Assembly (NCBI RefSeq): GCF_004010195.1
Contig: NW_025215381.1
Coordinates: 1,480,949-1,544,948 of the forward strand
From: Chiloscyllium plagiosum
Taxonomy: Eukaryota
Direction: 5' to 3'
Length of the DNA stretch: 64,000 bases
Numbering within the stretch: position 1 is the stretch's first letter; every line of letters begins with the position of its first letter. This document shows, in pieces, positions 62,250 through 64,000 of this stretch. Position numbers and translations under genes: made by a program. The notes under the pieces are model-generated. The model saw only the letters and a program-made list of their open reading frames with translations. It had not been told where the DNA came from and ran no database searches.

Positions 62250-62405
62250 AGTGACATGACATCTGGTTATGCTCCAGCAGGTTTATATGAAATCATAAGC
62301 TTTTGGAGCGCTGCTCCTTCGTCAGGAGGAAGCTTGTGATTTCACATAAACCTGGTGTTGTGTGACTTTTGTCCACCTCAGTCCAACACAGACACCTCAA
62401 CGCCA
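62250..62405. mobile_element. Decayed fold-back PLE family-B insertion in a CR1 3' end
   Basis: aggtttatatgaaatcataagctt / aagcttgtgatttcacataaacct inverted; minus-strand ctgacgaaggagcagcgctccaaaagctt (G12 mutated). Confidence 0.7.
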
Positions 62406-63301
62406 TGGGCCAAGTGCACGAAGGTGGGACTAGTATAGTTTGGGATTATGGTCAGCATTGGTAGGTTGGACCGAAGGATCTGCTTCCGTGCTGTATGAGC
62501 CTCTGACTTTGTTAACTTCCATCTTTTACAGTAGTAGAGAGATCTTTATGCTATGTACATAACCCCACGCAGTACTGCGTCTGTCCTGGGAATGTCCTCA
62601 TGTTAACATTGGATGTCTTTCCTTCCAGCCATTAGTGAACAAATGATAATATGTTTAGATTGGTGTGTCTGTAAACTGGTACATTGCAAGCATTGACCCG
62701 TTTGGTCAGTCGTGAGATGATTTCGTCCTAACAGGTTCTGAAATCGCTGAAAAGACGAGTTGCCAGCATTACTGAAATATGATGCTGCCTTGCTGGACTG
62801 TTTGGACACAGTGCATGCAATAAATCATTGCTAGGCAAGCGTGTGAGTGGTGCTTGATCTGGGTGTGAAATTGACTGAAAGGAAACAGGCTCGAGTTGCT
62901 TGCCGTGCTAACTCGCATCGCCTGTTCAATCTGAACGACTGGCTCTGTTGTTTGTAGGCAATGATTGGACACGAGTGTTTTCATGTTTTCTGTTTGGAAG
63001 CACGTCCCTTTGTCAGTATTGTTCGTTGTAGTTTCCTGTTGGTATTCTGGGAGCTTCTCTGTTGTGTCCATCTCAGTACCTTTATATTGTCTTTCACCAT
63101 CATGCTCACTTTGAACGTAATTGAGTTCTGCTAGCCCTACCTGTGGTTTTGAATGAGACCGTTAGTTCCACTTCGTTACTCTTTGCACCTTATTTCTGTG
63201 GTCCAGTTTTCACTGGCAGGCACACAGGGTTTTAAGTAGCCCTAAGACTGACTTGAGTAATAATCGCAGTGTCAACTCAATGTGGCGTCTAGCAAAATCC
63301 A

Positions 63302-63640
63302 GGGGAGGTGATCACTGTGTGGTATAACCGCTGGACTGTTAATCCAGAAACCCAGATAATGTTCTGGGGGACCTGGATTCGAATCACAGGTGGTGAAAAT
63401 TGAGTTCAATAAATATCTGGAATTTCAAATCTAATGATGCCCATAAATCCACTGCTGATTGTTGAGGTCAAAAGCCATCTGTTTTTCACTAATGTTTATT
63501 AGGGAAGGAAACTGCCATCCTTCTCTGGTCTGGCCTACATGTGGGTCCAAATCTACAGCCATGTGGTTGATTTTTAACTGCCCTCTGGGCAATAAATGCT
63601 GAGTAGCCAACGATGCCCTCATCCTGTGAATGAATAAAGG
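63302..63640 (+). mobile_element. Second tRNA-like SINE family (copies also near 2235, 7605(-), 16142, 28660(-), 35070 and 43760(-))
   Basis: B-box-like ggattcgaatc; body tagggaaggaaactgccatcctt..tggtctggcctacatgtg..tcca; tail gggcaataaatgct..gtgaatgaataaa. Confidence 0.7.
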
Positions 63641-63654
63641 GAAAAAAAAACACT

Positions 63655-63950
63655 TAGCATGGATCCACTGCATCCTAATCTTTTGGATGGGCCTACCATG
63701 AGGAACCTTGTCAAAAGCCTCACTAAAGTCCACGTAGACAGCATGCACTGCTCTACCCTCATCGATCACCTTCATCACCTCCTTGAAGAACTCAATCAAA
63801 TTAGTAAGACATGACCTGCCCCACACAAAGCTATGCTGACCCTCTCATTCAGCCACACTTTTGCAAATGTATGTGAATCATATGTCTAACAATTCTCTCC
63901 AGTAGCTTCTCAACAACAGACATGAGACTCACCAGTGTGTAGTTTCCTGG
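63655..63950 (-). mobile_element. CR1 RT fragment
   Basis: [32 protein letters not shown]. Confidence 0.88.
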
Positions 63951-64000
63951 GAGGCCAATTTTGGATCCAGTTTGCTAACTTGCCTCGGATCGCAAGGATA

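Overview
Eukaryotic (vertebrate) genomic DNA, very likely a shark or other elasmobranch, inferred from HE1-type tRNA-derived SINEs, HER1/CR1-type LINEs and Deu-domain SINEs. The whole window appears to lie inside one + strand gene of the AGFG family (Arf-GAP domain and FG repeats), most similar to AGFG2. Six coding exons with canonical AG/GT ends and compatible phases were found: 15017-15110, 34597-34712, 36158-36308, 40306-40459, 44118-44240 and 50083-50292 (848 nt). Exon numbers 2-7 are assigned by analogy to human AGFG1/2; the first exon and the C-terminal exons are not recognisable here. The rest is repeat-rich intron: decayed CR1 LINEs (one heavily nested), about 14 HE1 SINEs, a SINE-derived 53-bp minisatellite, Penelope-like element (PLE) remnants, probable LTR fragments and local duplications. 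Almost all ORF-track entries are retroelement fragments or noise. The most interesting hidden signals are: (i) minimal hammerhead-ribozyme cores in three PLE-derived repeat families, several as short fold-back insertions with target-site duplications (TSDs); (ii) a frame-preserving 33-nt candidate microexon; (iii) inverted young SINE/LINE copies bracketing exons; (iv) an orphan 79-bp inverted repeat. I found no wholly new system; these are unannotated instances or variants of known classes. Repeat boundaries are read by eye and approximate.
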